Made by a program: the position numbers and the translations under genes. This document shows, in pieces, positions 1 through 12,071 of a stretch of 64,000 bases of DNA. The DNA comes from Octopus vulgaris. Lineage: Eukaryota. How positions within the stretch are numbered: position 1 is the first letter of the stretch; the number at the start of each line of letters is the position of its first letter. The notes below the pieces were generated by a model. It did not search any database and was not told the origin of the DNA. It was given only the letters and a program-made list of their open reading frames with translations. The stretch spans positions 161,758,001 through 161,822,000 of the forward strand of contig OX597814.1 in NCBI GenBank assembly GCA_951406725.2. The letters are read 5' to 3'.

Positions 1-599
1 AATAAGAGTAGTGGTTCTATCCATCCTCAGCCTCCCTCAAACCAACACACACACGTTTCATCTTGCAATACTACAAGCCATCATACTCTCTCTCTCTCTC
101 TCTTCTGGAACACTTTTATTACCGCCCAACACCTACTCTTAATACCCTTGGAAGAGGAGTGATTGGCAATTGCAGAGGTGGACAAAGGTAAGGGTACCAC
201 ATACCCTTCCTCCTCCTCCTCCTCCAATTCCACTATGCCTTTCCCCCCATCACTTACTCCATTCACTCTATCAACCATTCTGGTTCTTCTGATGTCATTG
301 CTCCCTCCCCACCTATTTACTAAGCAAATGTTCATGCCTTCACTTATTGATAACTCTCTACATGTACCTTCCTATCCTTACTTCTCAACAACTCATTTCT
401 GGCCTTTCTGCTGTCATTCTTCCTTTTCTAATTCCTTTCTTTGTTTAACATACTTCAGGTTACTTAGCACTCTCTTCATTTTACTGCATATAAAGTACTC
501 CACTACCTGTGCTGGTGTTACCACAGAATTTGTCATGCTATGTTCCCTGGGGAATAGTGAATAAGGTGGCCTCACTAGTGTTGGGGATCACAAAAAAAA

Positions 600-895
600 T
601 GCACCTCATATAAAGTGACTGACAAATGAGCAAAGAACACATTGGATTGACAAATGACTTTAATCCTATTTGTCTGAGGGTTAGGGAACCACTCAAGTGT
701 TGGTGCCACAAGAAATGAACCCAGTAACATCGTTGGTGATTAGAAGAGCATCCAACTATAGAAAACAAACCAATTGACACATATGAGCACTAGACTTTAA
801 GAATAGTAGCACCTAATAAGAAATTAGACTGTGGTGACCTATTCAACCCATGCCAACATGGAAACATTGAAAGTAGAGATGAAATGATGATGATG
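600..895 (+). mobile_element. Old RTE-type LINE 3' end
   Basis: Degenerate reverse complement of the RTE 3' end seen many times in this window (…gcatccaactatagaaa…caacccatgccaacatggaaa…), ending in a (GAT)n tail. Confidence 0.55.
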
Positions 896-976
896 AATAA
901 ATAAATATAAATATAGACACACATGCATAGACACATGTCTAGAATGTATATATGTACACAGGCAAGCATATATACA

Positions 977-1205
977 TTAACCCATTAATGCATAGCATCT
1001 AGAAAAATGGATGCAGAAAAAATTACTACTGCTTGTTAAGTAAACTACCTATTGAGCTTATTTTTGGTATCGTCTGCCTTTAAACTAGTGCTCTATGAAT
1101 GAGCAAGCACTGTGTACAAACAAACCAACTATACATACGTACGAAATAAGTGATAATAATTTTTCCTGCATTTATTTTTCTGGACACTATGAATTATTGG
1201 GTTAA
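977..1205. mobile_element. piggyBac-type MITE
   Basis: TTAA at 977-980 and 1202-1205 flank ~45-bp imperfect TIRs starting CCC (cccattaatgcatagcatctagaaaaat / atttttctggacactatgaattattggg). Confidence 0.8.
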
Positions 1206-1342
1206 ACTTATACAAGGAAAAGGTTGACAGTGACTCTGAAGTTTCAACTTGCTCACTTTTGCCAGATTGTGTTTTATTTGAGCAAGCCTTCAGTTTAAAT
1301 TGTTTTTATATATAACTTGATATAAAAACAAACATTAATATA

Positions 1343-1820
1343 TAAGGTGGCAAGCTGGTTGAATTGTTAGCACACCAAGCAAAACACTTGGTGATATTTC
1401 ATCCATCTTTAAGTTCTGAGCTCAAATTCTGCCACGGTCAACTGTACCTTTCATTCAGTAGGGGGTCAATAAAATAAGTAATAGTTAAGCATCAGGGACA
1501 ATGTAATTGATTTATAGTTCAAATTTATAGAAAACAAAAGGCAAAGACAGGTGAAGGAACAACAAGCAGGTGTATTAGTTTAACGCTTGGAAAGAATGGA
1601 AAAGTCTTTGATGTTTTGAGCTTTGTTCTTTGACAGAATGGATTAAGAGGGAAAAAAAAAACAAAGAGAGAATGAAAAAAAAACAGAGAGAGAATGAAAA
1701 AAAATGAAGAGAGAATGAAAAAAAGCAAAGAGAGAAAAAATGTGTAGAGATTAATAATAGTTCAACATGTTACCCCACCTCCTGAAATTGTTGGCCTTGT
1801 GCCAAAATTTGAAATCAATA
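1343..1820 (+). mobile_element. tRNA-derived SINE (family A), split by a Penelope-like insert at 1513-1768
   Basis: Head with gagctcaaattc B-box-like motif and central cctttcat…gggtcaataaaataagta domain; the 3' part (cctgaaattgttggccttgtgcc) resumes after the insert. Confidence 0.7.
1513..1768 (-). mobile_element. Penelope-like terminal fragment with decayed hammerhead-like motif
   Basis: Homologous to 30750-30937 and 31340-31526 (aaaacaaaag…gacaggtg…gtattag…aaagtcttt…gagc…cag). Confidence 0.55.
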
Positions 1821-2134
1821 TATATGTATATATATAATCCTCATGTGCATGGTAAACAATGAGAGTCAAAATGACCATGTACATATTCAGTGGATTTGAA
1901 TATGAATATATGCTAATTACTGTTGTGCTTTATCATTGGAGAATACTACTTCTCTTTTCAGACATATGTGTATTCATAATACATTCAATACGCTTTGGGA
2001 CACCTGGTGTTTCGATAGATATCAGCATGTAGCAACAAATTGTTTGTTGAAGTTATAAACAAAAATCATAAACTATAGTTAGATCCATTAGTCCAGGATG
2101 CCTTTGACTTCAATGTGGAAGCACCAGATATCCC

Positions 2135-2706
2135 AAAGTTAACCTTAACAGAATCTGAACTCAGAATGTAAATAGCTTAAAGAAATGCCATTAAGCATTT
2201 TGTTCAACATGCTAATGATTCTGCTAGCTCACTGCCTTTATATAACAACAACAACAGTAATAATAATGGTTTCAAATTTTGGCACAAGGCCAGCAATTTC
2301 AGGGAAGAGGCTAAGTTGATTATATTGACCCCACTGCTCAACTAGTACTTATTTTATCAATTCTGAAAGGATGAAAGGCAAAGTTGACCTCAGCAGAATT
2401 CAAACTCAAAGTTTAAAGATGGATGAAATGCTGTTAAGCATTTTGTTCAGTGTACCAACAATTCCGCCAATTTGCTGCCTTAATAATGATAATCCTTCTT
2501 ACTAAAGGCTCAAGGCCTGAAATTTTGGGGGAGAGGACTAGTCAATTACATCAACCCAGTGTTTCACTGGTGCTTATTTTATTAACCCCAAAAGGATGAA
2601 AGGCAAAGTTGACCTTGGTGGAATTTGAACTCAGAACATAAGGACGGACGAAATGCCACTAAACATGTTGTCTGGTGTGCTAATGATTCTGCCAGCTCAC
2701 TGCCTT
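2135..2706 (-). mobile_element. Three head-to-tail family A SINEs
   Basis: Repeated tgaactcag…aaatgc…ctaatgattctgccagctc…gcctt units separated by (AAT/AAC)n; two contain aaaggatgaaaggcaaagttgacc. Confidence 0.75.
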
Positions 2707-2721
2707 ACTTAATAATAATAT

Positions 2722-3240
2722 GATTGGAAGTGTTATCATGTACATTGTTTTGTCTTGGTATAAAAGATGGGCTACAGCAAATATTCTGCTCAATACCACA
2801 GATTTGCTTGTCAGTTGTTTGACCTTAACCAGTTGAGCATGTCCCTTAGTGGCTGACAATATGTGCATCTCTGATCACGAGCAGAAGTAGTGGGGGAGCA
2901 TCATAGCCATGTGTTGAGAGGGATCCTTTGGGGTTTGAATGATACACCTCTGGAAACATGGGTGTTTCATTCAACATCCTTAAACAACCCTTATTCAGGG
3001 ACCTTTTGAGCAGGATGGGTTACTCGACCAAAAGAAAATTCTAACTGAGCCCCACCTACAAGGTTATGTGCTGTTTATCTTGATATGAGATCATCATGTC
3101 GCGCACATATGGTTGTGATGCATGTGCCTGGTGTACCCTTATCAGACGGGTGGTCATGATAGGTATACTGGGCTTCGTATATTTTACCCCAGTGTCACTT
3201 TGATAGCATGCATTGCTCTCTCACTCAATAATAATAATAA
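2722..3240 (+). mobile_element. Unclassified non-LTR retroelement 3' end with (AAT)n tail
   Basis: GC-richer 500-bp block ending …ctctctcactc(aat)n and preceded by (AAT)n; no assignable ORF. Confidence 0.5.
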
Positions 3241-3559
3241 TTGATAACTTTGGTAAATAGCACTTATGATAGTATACATGGTAAAGAGGGTCGGATGAAT
3301 GATATCAAATTAATGAAAGGATAAACATATCCATGTGTGTGAACCTTGCAACTGTTAGAAAGGCACAGCACAAGCATTCTTATTTCTTACAGGCACAGAA
3401 ATCAAAGAAAAACCAACAAAATTACAATAAAATGTCTTCAACTTAGAAAATAAAGAGGTAGATCAAATACTGTAAGGAATTTTGCCCAATGATTCTAATA
3501 ATTCTACCAATCCACCATTTTGAATTACAATAATGGTTTGTCCACATTACTCTGTTAGG

Positions 3560-4016
3560 ATCATAGGGCTAGTTTCTCTGGTGTGTGTGTGTGTGTGTGT
3601 ATAAATATATATACCAGAGTAAACACATAAATGTGAAACAAGGTGGAAAAAAGAGTACTCAAATACCAGTGGTAGAGTAATATGCTTTATTTAAAGCAGC
3701 AGAAAAGAATCTTTTCTAGCAAAAACTGTCCGATGAACGGCAACGTGAAACTCAGAGTAACAGGTTTTGTTGAATTTTCTGCTGCTTTAAATAAAGTATA
3801 TATATAAATATATATATATACATATATATATATATCCTCCCACTGGATGGGACGTTGGTCCATCACAGGATTACTCATTTTTACCAGTTGAGTGGACTGG
3901 GGTAACATGAAATGAAGTGTTTTTGCCAAAGAACACAACACATCACTAGGAATTGAAAACACAATCTTTACAACCATGAGTCTAACACCTTCACCACTAA
4001 GCCATGTGCCTTCACA
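3560..4016 (-). mobile_element. tRNA-derived CORE-like SINE (family C), interrupted by a Penelope-like fragment
   Basis: Minus-strand head ggcacatggcttagtggtgaaggtgtt…ttcaattcc…gtgttgtgttctttggcaaaaacactt. Similar copies at ~13495-13710, 14985-15265 and 40313-40600. Confidence 0.65.
3721..3768 (+). ncRNA. Type I hammerhead ribozyme motif (U4C variant) in an inverted Penelope-like fragment
   Basis: aaaaactgt-CCGATGA-acg GCAA cgt-GAA-actc a gagt-A-acaggtttt: helix I, core, GNRA-capped helix II, palindromic helix III, GUA cleavage triplet. Confidence 0.7.
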
Positions 4017-4329
4017 CAAACTAATAATAGCAATATTTAGAGTAATAATACCAATAATTATCCAGTATATGCATAGGAATAAATATCCTACTAAATAAAT
4101 ATTGTCCTGTAATTCTAATGCTGCTTTACTTGTATCCATCATATTTGATATAATACCTCATTATATTCCTCACAGCAGTGTGTATCAATGCTGAATTTAT
4201 ATTTCTGGTGAGGTAATTAACACAAATTAAGGCTATAAATATTAAAATAAAAATGATATGTGGTGAATGAAAATGAATTCACAGGTTTTATTATGCATTC
4301 AAAACTAAACGATAAAAATTTAATATGCC

Positions 4330-6556
4330 TTTAAAATACAACTAAACGGTAAACCTTGAGGATTTCAAACACCAAATATCATTAAAATCCTGCACAATCA
4401 CATTATTCTTTATCTTCAGTTCTGAATAAACCTTTATAATTAAAAGGATGAATAATGATATCATACAGATCTTCATTATCATTGTTGTCTCTTATTATAG
4501 GTTGTATGTCATCTGCTGCTTCTTCATCATGACCGTAGATATTTGTCTTCTGTTCCAACCAAGGGATTAAATTCCACAATTCTTGAATGATTTGATAATT
4601 ATCCTCTTTACTATAGGAACAAGGCCTGAAATTTGGAGGTAGGAGGCTAGTTAATTATACTGACTTCAATGCTTGACTGGTAGTTATTTTATTGACCCCC
4701 AAAAGGATGAAAGGCAAAGATGGCTTCAACAGAATTTGAACTCAGAACATAAAATGGGTGAAGTGCTGCTAAGTATTTTCCCCAGTGTGTTGACAATTCA
4801 GCCAGCTTGTCACCTTATGAATGATTTGATGATAATGTCAGCTTTTATTTTCTTCATCTTTCATGTGATCTTTCTTCATGCATCCAGTTACTTGATTTTA
4901 TCCTCATCACGTCCTTAAATAGCTTTATGATATAAACATTTAATGGTTGCAAAACACAGGTCTTCCAGGAATTACCGTTATGTCATTGCTTTTTGACCAG
5001 ACATTATCAACAATGGCTTCACTAGCCATGACCAAAACTGGTCCCAGAAGAGCAAACACTTTCCCTTCTGTTGTTCAACAGGCTGCAAATATCAAAACTT
5101 CTTTTAGCCATTTTCTACATCTATCTTTATTTATCCAGCCACATGGCTGCACATGTACAATTCCTTGTGGAAACTCTTCTTTGGCATAGATTTTCTTTTA
5201 AAATCAATCAATGCTTTTAATTTATAGTACTCTCTGCTAAACAAGAAAAAATCTGAAACAAACATGCTTTCCTCATGAGTGGTAGCTTTTGCCAGTACCA
5301 TCTTCTCTCACTCTTTCTCCCTCTCTCTCTCTATGCTGCTTAGTTCACAGTTTATTTCTCTGACATGTCAAGATTAAGAAGTGCTTCATCCATTTTCCAA
5401 TACAAGACAGCTTGTAATCTACTTTCGGCCAATTTCTGATTACAAATAAGTGAAATGCTAGTATCTTATCATTCAGATCAGAAGGCAGCTTTTGCGCAAT
5501 ATTTGTTCTCTACTGAAGTGCATAATCATACTGACTCGTGAGCCAGCACTTTCCTCTAAATTCAAAATTCTATCCAGATTTGATTCCATTTGCACATATA
5601 TTTGGATGGCTCCATGAGCTACACAAATTGTAGCTTAACACTTTTTAAGTACCTACATGATAACTTCCTTTTTCAATAGTGGCTGCTTTTAGGGCTGACC
5701 TCTATTAGAACACTATTTTATTACATTATCTGAAGTTAAATATCTTTCTCCAGTCACTTGTGAGTTTATCAAAAACATAGAAGTCTTTTTATTTTTTGAT
5801 GCTCTGTTATATATCTTCTCTGCAATTTCAATAAGTTCTTATTTGAATACTGCTCTACATCTGTTATTTTCTTCTGGGAGGAATTTTCTCACAAAAAAAA
5901 AGCTATACATCCCAAGCTATGCAACTGTATTCCACATGATCTACATGGAAACTAACATCAGCTGTTCTACCAAGTGAGATTCTAATCCAACTTTTATAAA
6001 GTTCACTATTTCTATCACTTGTAGAAATAGCAAACAGTAATACAGTTAATTGTGATATTATTACATTGATAGGTAGTGCCTTTCATTGCTTATCTGACAG
6101 CATTGGCTATGCTGCTTCACAGATGTGTTTACATCTATGAATTGTAGACTGATGAATCAATGTATTCTGGTAAGTACCATGCATTCAGAAATACAGCAGT
6201 TACAATGAATTATATTGGTGAATGCATATGGTTTAGTTTATATAACAAATCATGCTATAATGTACTTTGTATCTGATTAATTGTGCAACAGCCAGTGTAG
6301 TGCTTTTTAGATAATGAACTTGAGAAGTTCATTACCTAATATTTATGTAAATTATGTATCAAGATGTGTAATAATAAAGAAAACAACTCATTTACTTCAC
6401 ATAAATTGCTGCACTTGAGCAATAAATGTTGATCTGTTACCTGTATAGGATAGGGTTGACTCTGACAGGAGAATCATGGAAAATTTCATATTTCTATCGT
6501 CAAACTAGGGGTCAACTTTTACACAAAATCAACTTGTATTTGAGTATCTATGATAC
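4330..6556 (-). pseudogene. Decayed pogo (POGK-like) DNA transposon
   Basis: Minus-strand remnants …RTNIAQKLPSDLNDKILAFHLFVIR…, MDEALL, …EFPQGIVHVQPCGWINKD…, LLFWDQF, VIPG…LQPL, with many stops and frameshifts. Pogo-like terminus (…caacttgtatttgagtatctatgata) at ~6530-6556. A family A SINE is inserted at ~4600-4815. Confidence 0.75.
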
Positions 6557-7170
6557 TTATTTCAAAAAGAATCCTATTTTTTTCAACATTTATAATTTGC
6601 TCAGCAACATAACCACCATCTTCAATCATTATTTTTCAATTCAAGCAGGATATCTGGCCACGAGGCTATCATCCACACTTGCATTTTCCCCAACAACCCT
6701 AACATTATAGATTCAGATCATTTTCTTAACCTGTTACACCATTCTGCACTTTCAGAAAATGTTTCATCAGTTTCTCTTCCAATTTCCTTTCCTTCTTTGT
6801 TTTATCTATTTAATTATTATTTTGACAGCTGCAAACAGACTAACAGACTTCTTGATAGCCATTTGACTAAAAGGAATGCATTTTTAATTACAATCTTTGA
6901 TCCAAATTGACAAAAGTCATTCCATTTCCATGATTGCAGTTTCTTGCTGTTCAGAAATTTAATGATGAAGCTTTACTTTCTGAATAATATGTCACACTAT
7001 TGATTCACTGATTGTATGGTCTTCACCTATTTTAGCCGCTATAGCACCACTTTTATGCTTGTTAATTATGTCTAATCTTTCTTCCAACTCCATAACATGC
7101 TTCTTCTTCTTAGCACTGTCACCACTTGTAATAGTAGTACTCACTTGTTTAGAGCTTGTGTATGGCAGTA
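6557..7170 (-). pseudogene. Decayed Tigger-like transposase N-terminus (CENP-B HTH to start of DDE)
   Basis: Minus-strand remnants KKKKHVMELEEK…IWIKDCN*KCIPFSQMAIKK…ETFSESAEWCNRLRK…YNVRVVGENASVD…IEDGGYVAEQIINVE, collinear with TIGD1/Tigger motifs. Confidence 0.8.
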
Positions 7171-7674
7171 AACTGAGGCTTTAGAAATAAGTAAACCTCC
7201 AGTTAACCTGGCTTCGAACAACACCAAGTTGCAAAAAAATTTTTTTTAAACCACACACTCAGTAGTACATAGATATAATAGAAAACAATTTGACAAAGAT
7301 CATGTCTAAAACAATGAATCAGAGCAATACATTCAACAGCAGCTGAAAGAAAAGCAATAAAACAGGAGTGAAATTTGTACAGTGTTATTTATCATTTCTC
7401 AGACATACTGTACACTACAGTAAATCAATTCTTATATGCAGTATTTGAGTTTTGATGGCAAACTACCAACAACATAAACTTGACAACTGCAGTATTTGAA
7501 CAGTAATTGGGGTATTTCTATTCATTTAATCATGTGAGTATGGCCAGGAAGGTTTTGAATCAGAGTTGTTGTTTTTACCTCTAATTGTAGCAAACAGGGT
7601 TATACAATGCTTGGCAAAATCTGAACTTAGACCATGGAATCATCAGTTCAGTTCTTTAACTGACACATTATACC

Positions 7675-7900
7675 TACTCCTTTACTACCCACAAGGGACT
7701 AAACACAGAGAAAACAAACAAGGACAGACAGGCGAATTAAGTCGATTATATCGACCCTAGTGCATAACTGGTTCTTAATTTATCGATCCCGAAAGGATGA
7801 AAGGCAAAGTCGACCTCAGCAGAATTTGAACTCAGAACTTAACGGCAGACGAAATACGGCTACGCATTTTGCCCGGCGTGCTAACGTTTCTGCCAGCTCG
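7675..7900 (-). mobile_element. Well-preserved family A SINE
   Basis: cgagctggcagaaacgttagcacgccggg…gttctgagttcaaattc…ggtcgactttgcctttcatcctttcgggatcgataaatt… with CpGs intact; the central motif resembles the Nin/Deu SINE domain as I recall it. Confidence 0.85.
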
Positions 7901-8288
7901 CAGATTATACCCCTAGCCACTCTCTCTCTCTCACACACACACACACACCTGCATGCATGCTGTCTGTCTGTTCATTTGCTCTTTTTATTTAAGATCCTTT
8001 CTCCATGCAAGCATGACTTTGATGTAAGGTTTTGAGGCAGGATTTTTATGGCCAGATGCACCCTCGCATCCTGTTGCTAACACTTACCTGTTTTTCAAAT
8101 AAGGAATTTTTATTGCAACACATAGATAGTGGACAAAGACGATGATAGAAATTGTCAACAAACTTCACAGATTGCAACTCAAACAGAAGCAATAAAGTCA
8201 ATATTTACACCTGTAACTCAGCATAATTTTGTAAACATTCATGCACACACACATACACAAAACCATTCAACTATATCTTTTATCATTA

Positions 8289-8695
8289 TCCTTTATCTTT
8301 TGTTTCAGTCATTAAATTGTGGCTAAACTGGGGCACTGCCTTGAAGAACTTTAGTCAAACAAATCAATCCCAGTAATAATTTATTTTTTCAAGCCTGGTA
8401 CTTATTCTATTAGTCTCTTTTGCTGAACTGCTAAGTTATAGAGATGTAAACACACCAGCACCAGTTGTCAAGTAATGGTGGGCAACAAACACACACACAC
8501 ACACACACATACACACATATATATTTACATATAGGTGCAGGAGTGGGTGTGTGGTAAGTAGCTTGCTTACGAACCACATGGTTCCGGGTTCAGTCTCACT
8601 GCATGGCACTTTTGGCAAGTGTCTTCTACTATAGCCTCGAGCCGACCAAAGCCTTGTGAGTGGATTTGGTAGACGGAGTCTGAAAGAAGCCCATC

Positions 8696-8736
<41 letters not shown>

Positions 8737-9091
8737 TGTGTGTCTGTGTTTGTTCCCCCAGCATTACTTGACAACTGATGCTGGTTTGGCAAAAGAGACC
8801 GATAGAATAAGTACAAAGCTTACAAAGAGTAAGTCCAGGGATCGGTTTGCTCGACTAAAGGTGGTGCTCCAACATGGCCGCAGTCAAATGACTGAAACAA
8901 GTAGAAGAGTAAAAGAATAAATAAATATATACGATGGGCTTCTTTCAGTTTCTGCCTACCAATCCACTCAAAAGGCTTTTTTCGGTCCGAGACTCTAGTA
9001 GTTGATACTTGCACAAGGTACTACACAGTGGAACAGAAACTGGAACCATGCAATTGGGAAGCAAACTTTTTACCACACCCACACTTGTGCC
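8289..9091 (-). mobile_element. Family B SINE split by an opposite-strand family B SINE
   Basis: The 3' half (8289-~8520) and 5' half (~8925-9091) of a minus copy flank a complete plus copy inserted in its central (CA/TA)n tract. Confidence 0.8.
8533..8918 (+). mobile_element. Full-length tRNA-derived family B SINE
   Basis: ggtgcaggagtgggtgtgtggtaag (A-box-like)…ggttccgggttcagtc (B-box-like)…ggcaagtgtctt…(TG)n…gactgaaacaagtagaagagtaaaaga tail. Confidence 0.85.
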
Positions 9092-9116
9092 TATATATAT
9101 ATATATATATATATAT

Positions 9117-9520
9117 ATCAATCATCATCATCATTTAACGTCTGTTTTCCATGCTGGCATGGGTTGGACAGTTTCACTGAAAACTGGTATGCTGGGGAGC
9201 TGCACTAGATTCCAATCTGATTTGGCATGGTATCAATGGCTGGATGCCCTTCCTAACAACAACCACTCCAAGAGTGTAATGGGTGCTTTTTACGTGCCAC
9301 CAGCACAGGTGCCAGTTATGCAGCACCAGCATCAGCCATAACTACAATCTTACTTGGCTTGACAGGTCTTCTCAATCACACTATATTGCCAAAGGTGTCT
9401 ATTATTTGTCACTGCATCTGTGAGGCCCAATGTTCAAATGGTGTTTTTTATGTGCCAGTTATGCAACAGTGGCATCATCCACAACTACAATTTCACTTGA
9501 TCATGGCTGATGCCAGTGTC
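9117..9520 (-). mobile_element. RTE LINE 3' end
   Basis: (ATC)n, then tttaacgtctgttttccatgctggcatgggttggac…ggatgcccttcctaac, matching the 3' end of the coding RTE at 27618-29498. Confidence 0.8.
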
Positions 9521-9534
9521 ACATAAGAATGTGA

Positions 9535-9624
9535 CATACATATATATATATATCTATAAATATATATAAATATATATGTATGCATATATATATATATCTA
9601 TAAATATATATAAATATATATGTA

Positions 9625-9687
<63 letters not shown>

Positions 9688-9705
9688 TATGTATATATAT
9701 GTACA

Positions 9706-9743
<38 letters not shown>

Positions 9744-9800
9744 TGTGTGTGTGTGTGTGTGTGCGCACACACACAAAGGGAGAGAGAGAAAAAGAGAGAT
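9535..9800. repeat. Compound (TA)n/(TG)n/(GA)n microsatellite
   Basis: Direct inspection. Confidence 0.95.
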
Positions 9801-9993
9801 TACTTTACACTTCATTTAGACCTGATGCTATACGTTAACACCAAACACAGTGTCCATATCAAATGTACTTGAACTCTTTTTGTATTTTACTTAATACACA
9901 TTTCAGAAATAGACCTTCATACATAAAGGAGAAAAGTAAAAATGAAAAAAAAAATAGAAAAAGAAAAAATGTTAAACCAAGTAAGCAACGTAC

Positions 9994-10111
9994 AGTGTAA
10001 GAGTCTTGCCAGTTCTGCATAGTCTCCAGTTATGGCAGCTGTGTGAAGAGCATTGGGGGAACACACTAGCATAGTATTCTGGCCAGGTACCAAATTTCTT
10101 TCCATTGGTTG
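9994..10111 (-). CDS. Spliced exon of an ankyrin-repeat protein (inversin/ANKRD55-like first repeat, tentative)
   Basis: Acceptor ttttacttctttcag| and donor |gtacgt bound a 118-nt non-repetitive exon reading QPMERNLVPGQNTMLVCSPNALHTAAITGDYAELARLLH. LHxAAxxGDxxxLxxLL fits the ankyrin consensus. No partner exons identified in the window. Confidence 0.65.
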
Positions 10112-11330
10112 CTGAAAGAAGTAAAATCAATATTGAATATAATTTCATTAAGAAACTTCAATAAACATTATAAATAGCTCTATGTGTCTATCCTGTTTTA
10201 CTATATTTGAGTATCAATTCTTTACTTCATACTTTAAAGATTATAGCTGATTACGTTCTATGGCTGTCAAGTAAATCTGACAATATAGGTGCTGCTCTAC
10301 AATAACCAGATGAGTAGCTTCAATTTCAATTACTTACTATTTTATTTGCCTCAAGCTTCAGTCCAAGTACAATAACAAAACAGTATCCCCACCTCACTTC
10401 CTTGTTTACTGTTTTACATTCATTGAATCAATAAATTACTTTAGGATACAACCTTAAAACTAATATACATTTTTTTTTTCACTACATAATTCACTGATGA
10501 ATAAGTAACACTATTCATCCTCATTCATGTATTTTGCATAAACTTTAGAATTCCGGAAAGTTATGGCCTTCTCCAAATGTGGATTTATAAACATAACAAC
10601 ATGGAAACAGTAAAAAGATGGAAATAGGTTAACACAAGAGAAACTGTATAACTAATTTTTTATTGAATATATTTACATTTTAATTATAACTCTATTGTTG
10701 AGATTAATAATGTTTATGCTATGTTCTTTCCTAAACAATAGTTTGAATACACTAACAAATATTAAATTCAGTTTTTAGCTTGGAAATAAAAGACTTTATA
10801 TTATATTTTTTAATTGCATGAATATTTCAATCTTCACAGCAGAGGGTTGGAGGTGTCCTAGACACAATCCATTCATTGTGCCTTCAGTATTTCTTCATGA
10901 TAGAGAAGAGTTGGTGGCCTTAGACATTTGTAGACAGTAAGGGTTTATGCTTGGAGTTGTCTTTTCCCTTGTCTGACTACCTTCCGAGGTTACTAAGCTC
11001 AGACTATCTGCTCAGTTATAACCACCAGTGTGTCTGTGGATGCAGTATTGCCTTCTTCTAGAGACATGCTCTAACAAAAGCTAAGGGGCATCTCACTCTC
11101 AGTGGTCTACAGCATGCTACAATCCAACCCAGAATTTCTAAATCATGGTTCTATTTCTAGAGAGTCATTGACACTACTTTTGGATTCATCTGTCCCTTTG
11201 ACAGGTATTACTTTTGTCCTGCTGGATTGCTTGCAACCCATCAACCTAATCATACAACAGGTTTGTACTAGACTATATGCTACTTGTAATACATCCTTAT
11301 TGTAACTCTGTTGTTAGAGTTATTAATTAC

Positions 11331-11780
11331 TATCATCGTCATCATCATCATCATTTTAATGTCTGCATTTTGCAAGTTTACATGGGTCAGACAGAATTTG
11401 TTGAGTCAGATTTTCTACAGTTGGATACTCTTTGTGTCATCAATCCTCACCTGTTTCCTAAATAAGGTAATATTTCCCCATGACCAGAGACATGTTTTAC
11501 ACAGAAGACTGGAGACAAAGGACACCACTATTTGATGGTGATAGTCATTTACAATTATTATGTGATGTCAGGACAAGGAGATACCAACTCTCTCTTACAC
11601 ATACACATAAAAATGGAGGGCTTCTTTCAGTTACTATCAACCAAATCTACTCTCATGACCTTGGTCCACCTAGGGCTATAGTTGAAGGTACTTGCCTAAG
11701 ATGCCACGCAGTGGAACTGAACCTGGAACCAAGTGATTGCAAAGCAAGCTTCTTAACCACACATCCATAACTGTGCCTCA
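11331..11780 (-). mobile_element. Old RTE-related 3' end followed by a family B SINE 5' half
   Basis: (ATC)n tttaatgtc…catgggtcagac…ggatactc; then gggcttctttcagtt…gaacctggaacc…cttaaccacac. Confidence 0.6.
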
Positions 11781-12071
11781 ATGTGTGCATGTGCATGCAT
11801 GTGTGCATGCTTATGTCTGCATGCTTATTAGCGCACATGCACATGCACACACGCACATGCACACATGCACGCACACACACACATACACACACACACAACA
11901 ATTATATTATATTCTTTCTCAAAACAATACTTGGAATATTCTAATAACAAATATTGAATTTAATTTATAGGTTTGAAATGATGGATTTCTTTTCTTTTCT
12001 TTAATTAGTATCAATATTTATTATATGCTTTTTTCTATTTGTTCACTTATATATATTTTCCCTATTTTAAT

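Noticed and set aside
163-564. 133-aa hydrophobic ORF
   Set aside because: Low-complexity pyrimidine-rich sequence, non-ATG start, no domain or splice support.
8533-8620. tRNA genes at SINE heads
   Set aside because: A/B-box-like motifs are present but there is no complete cloverleaf, and they continue into SINE bodies.
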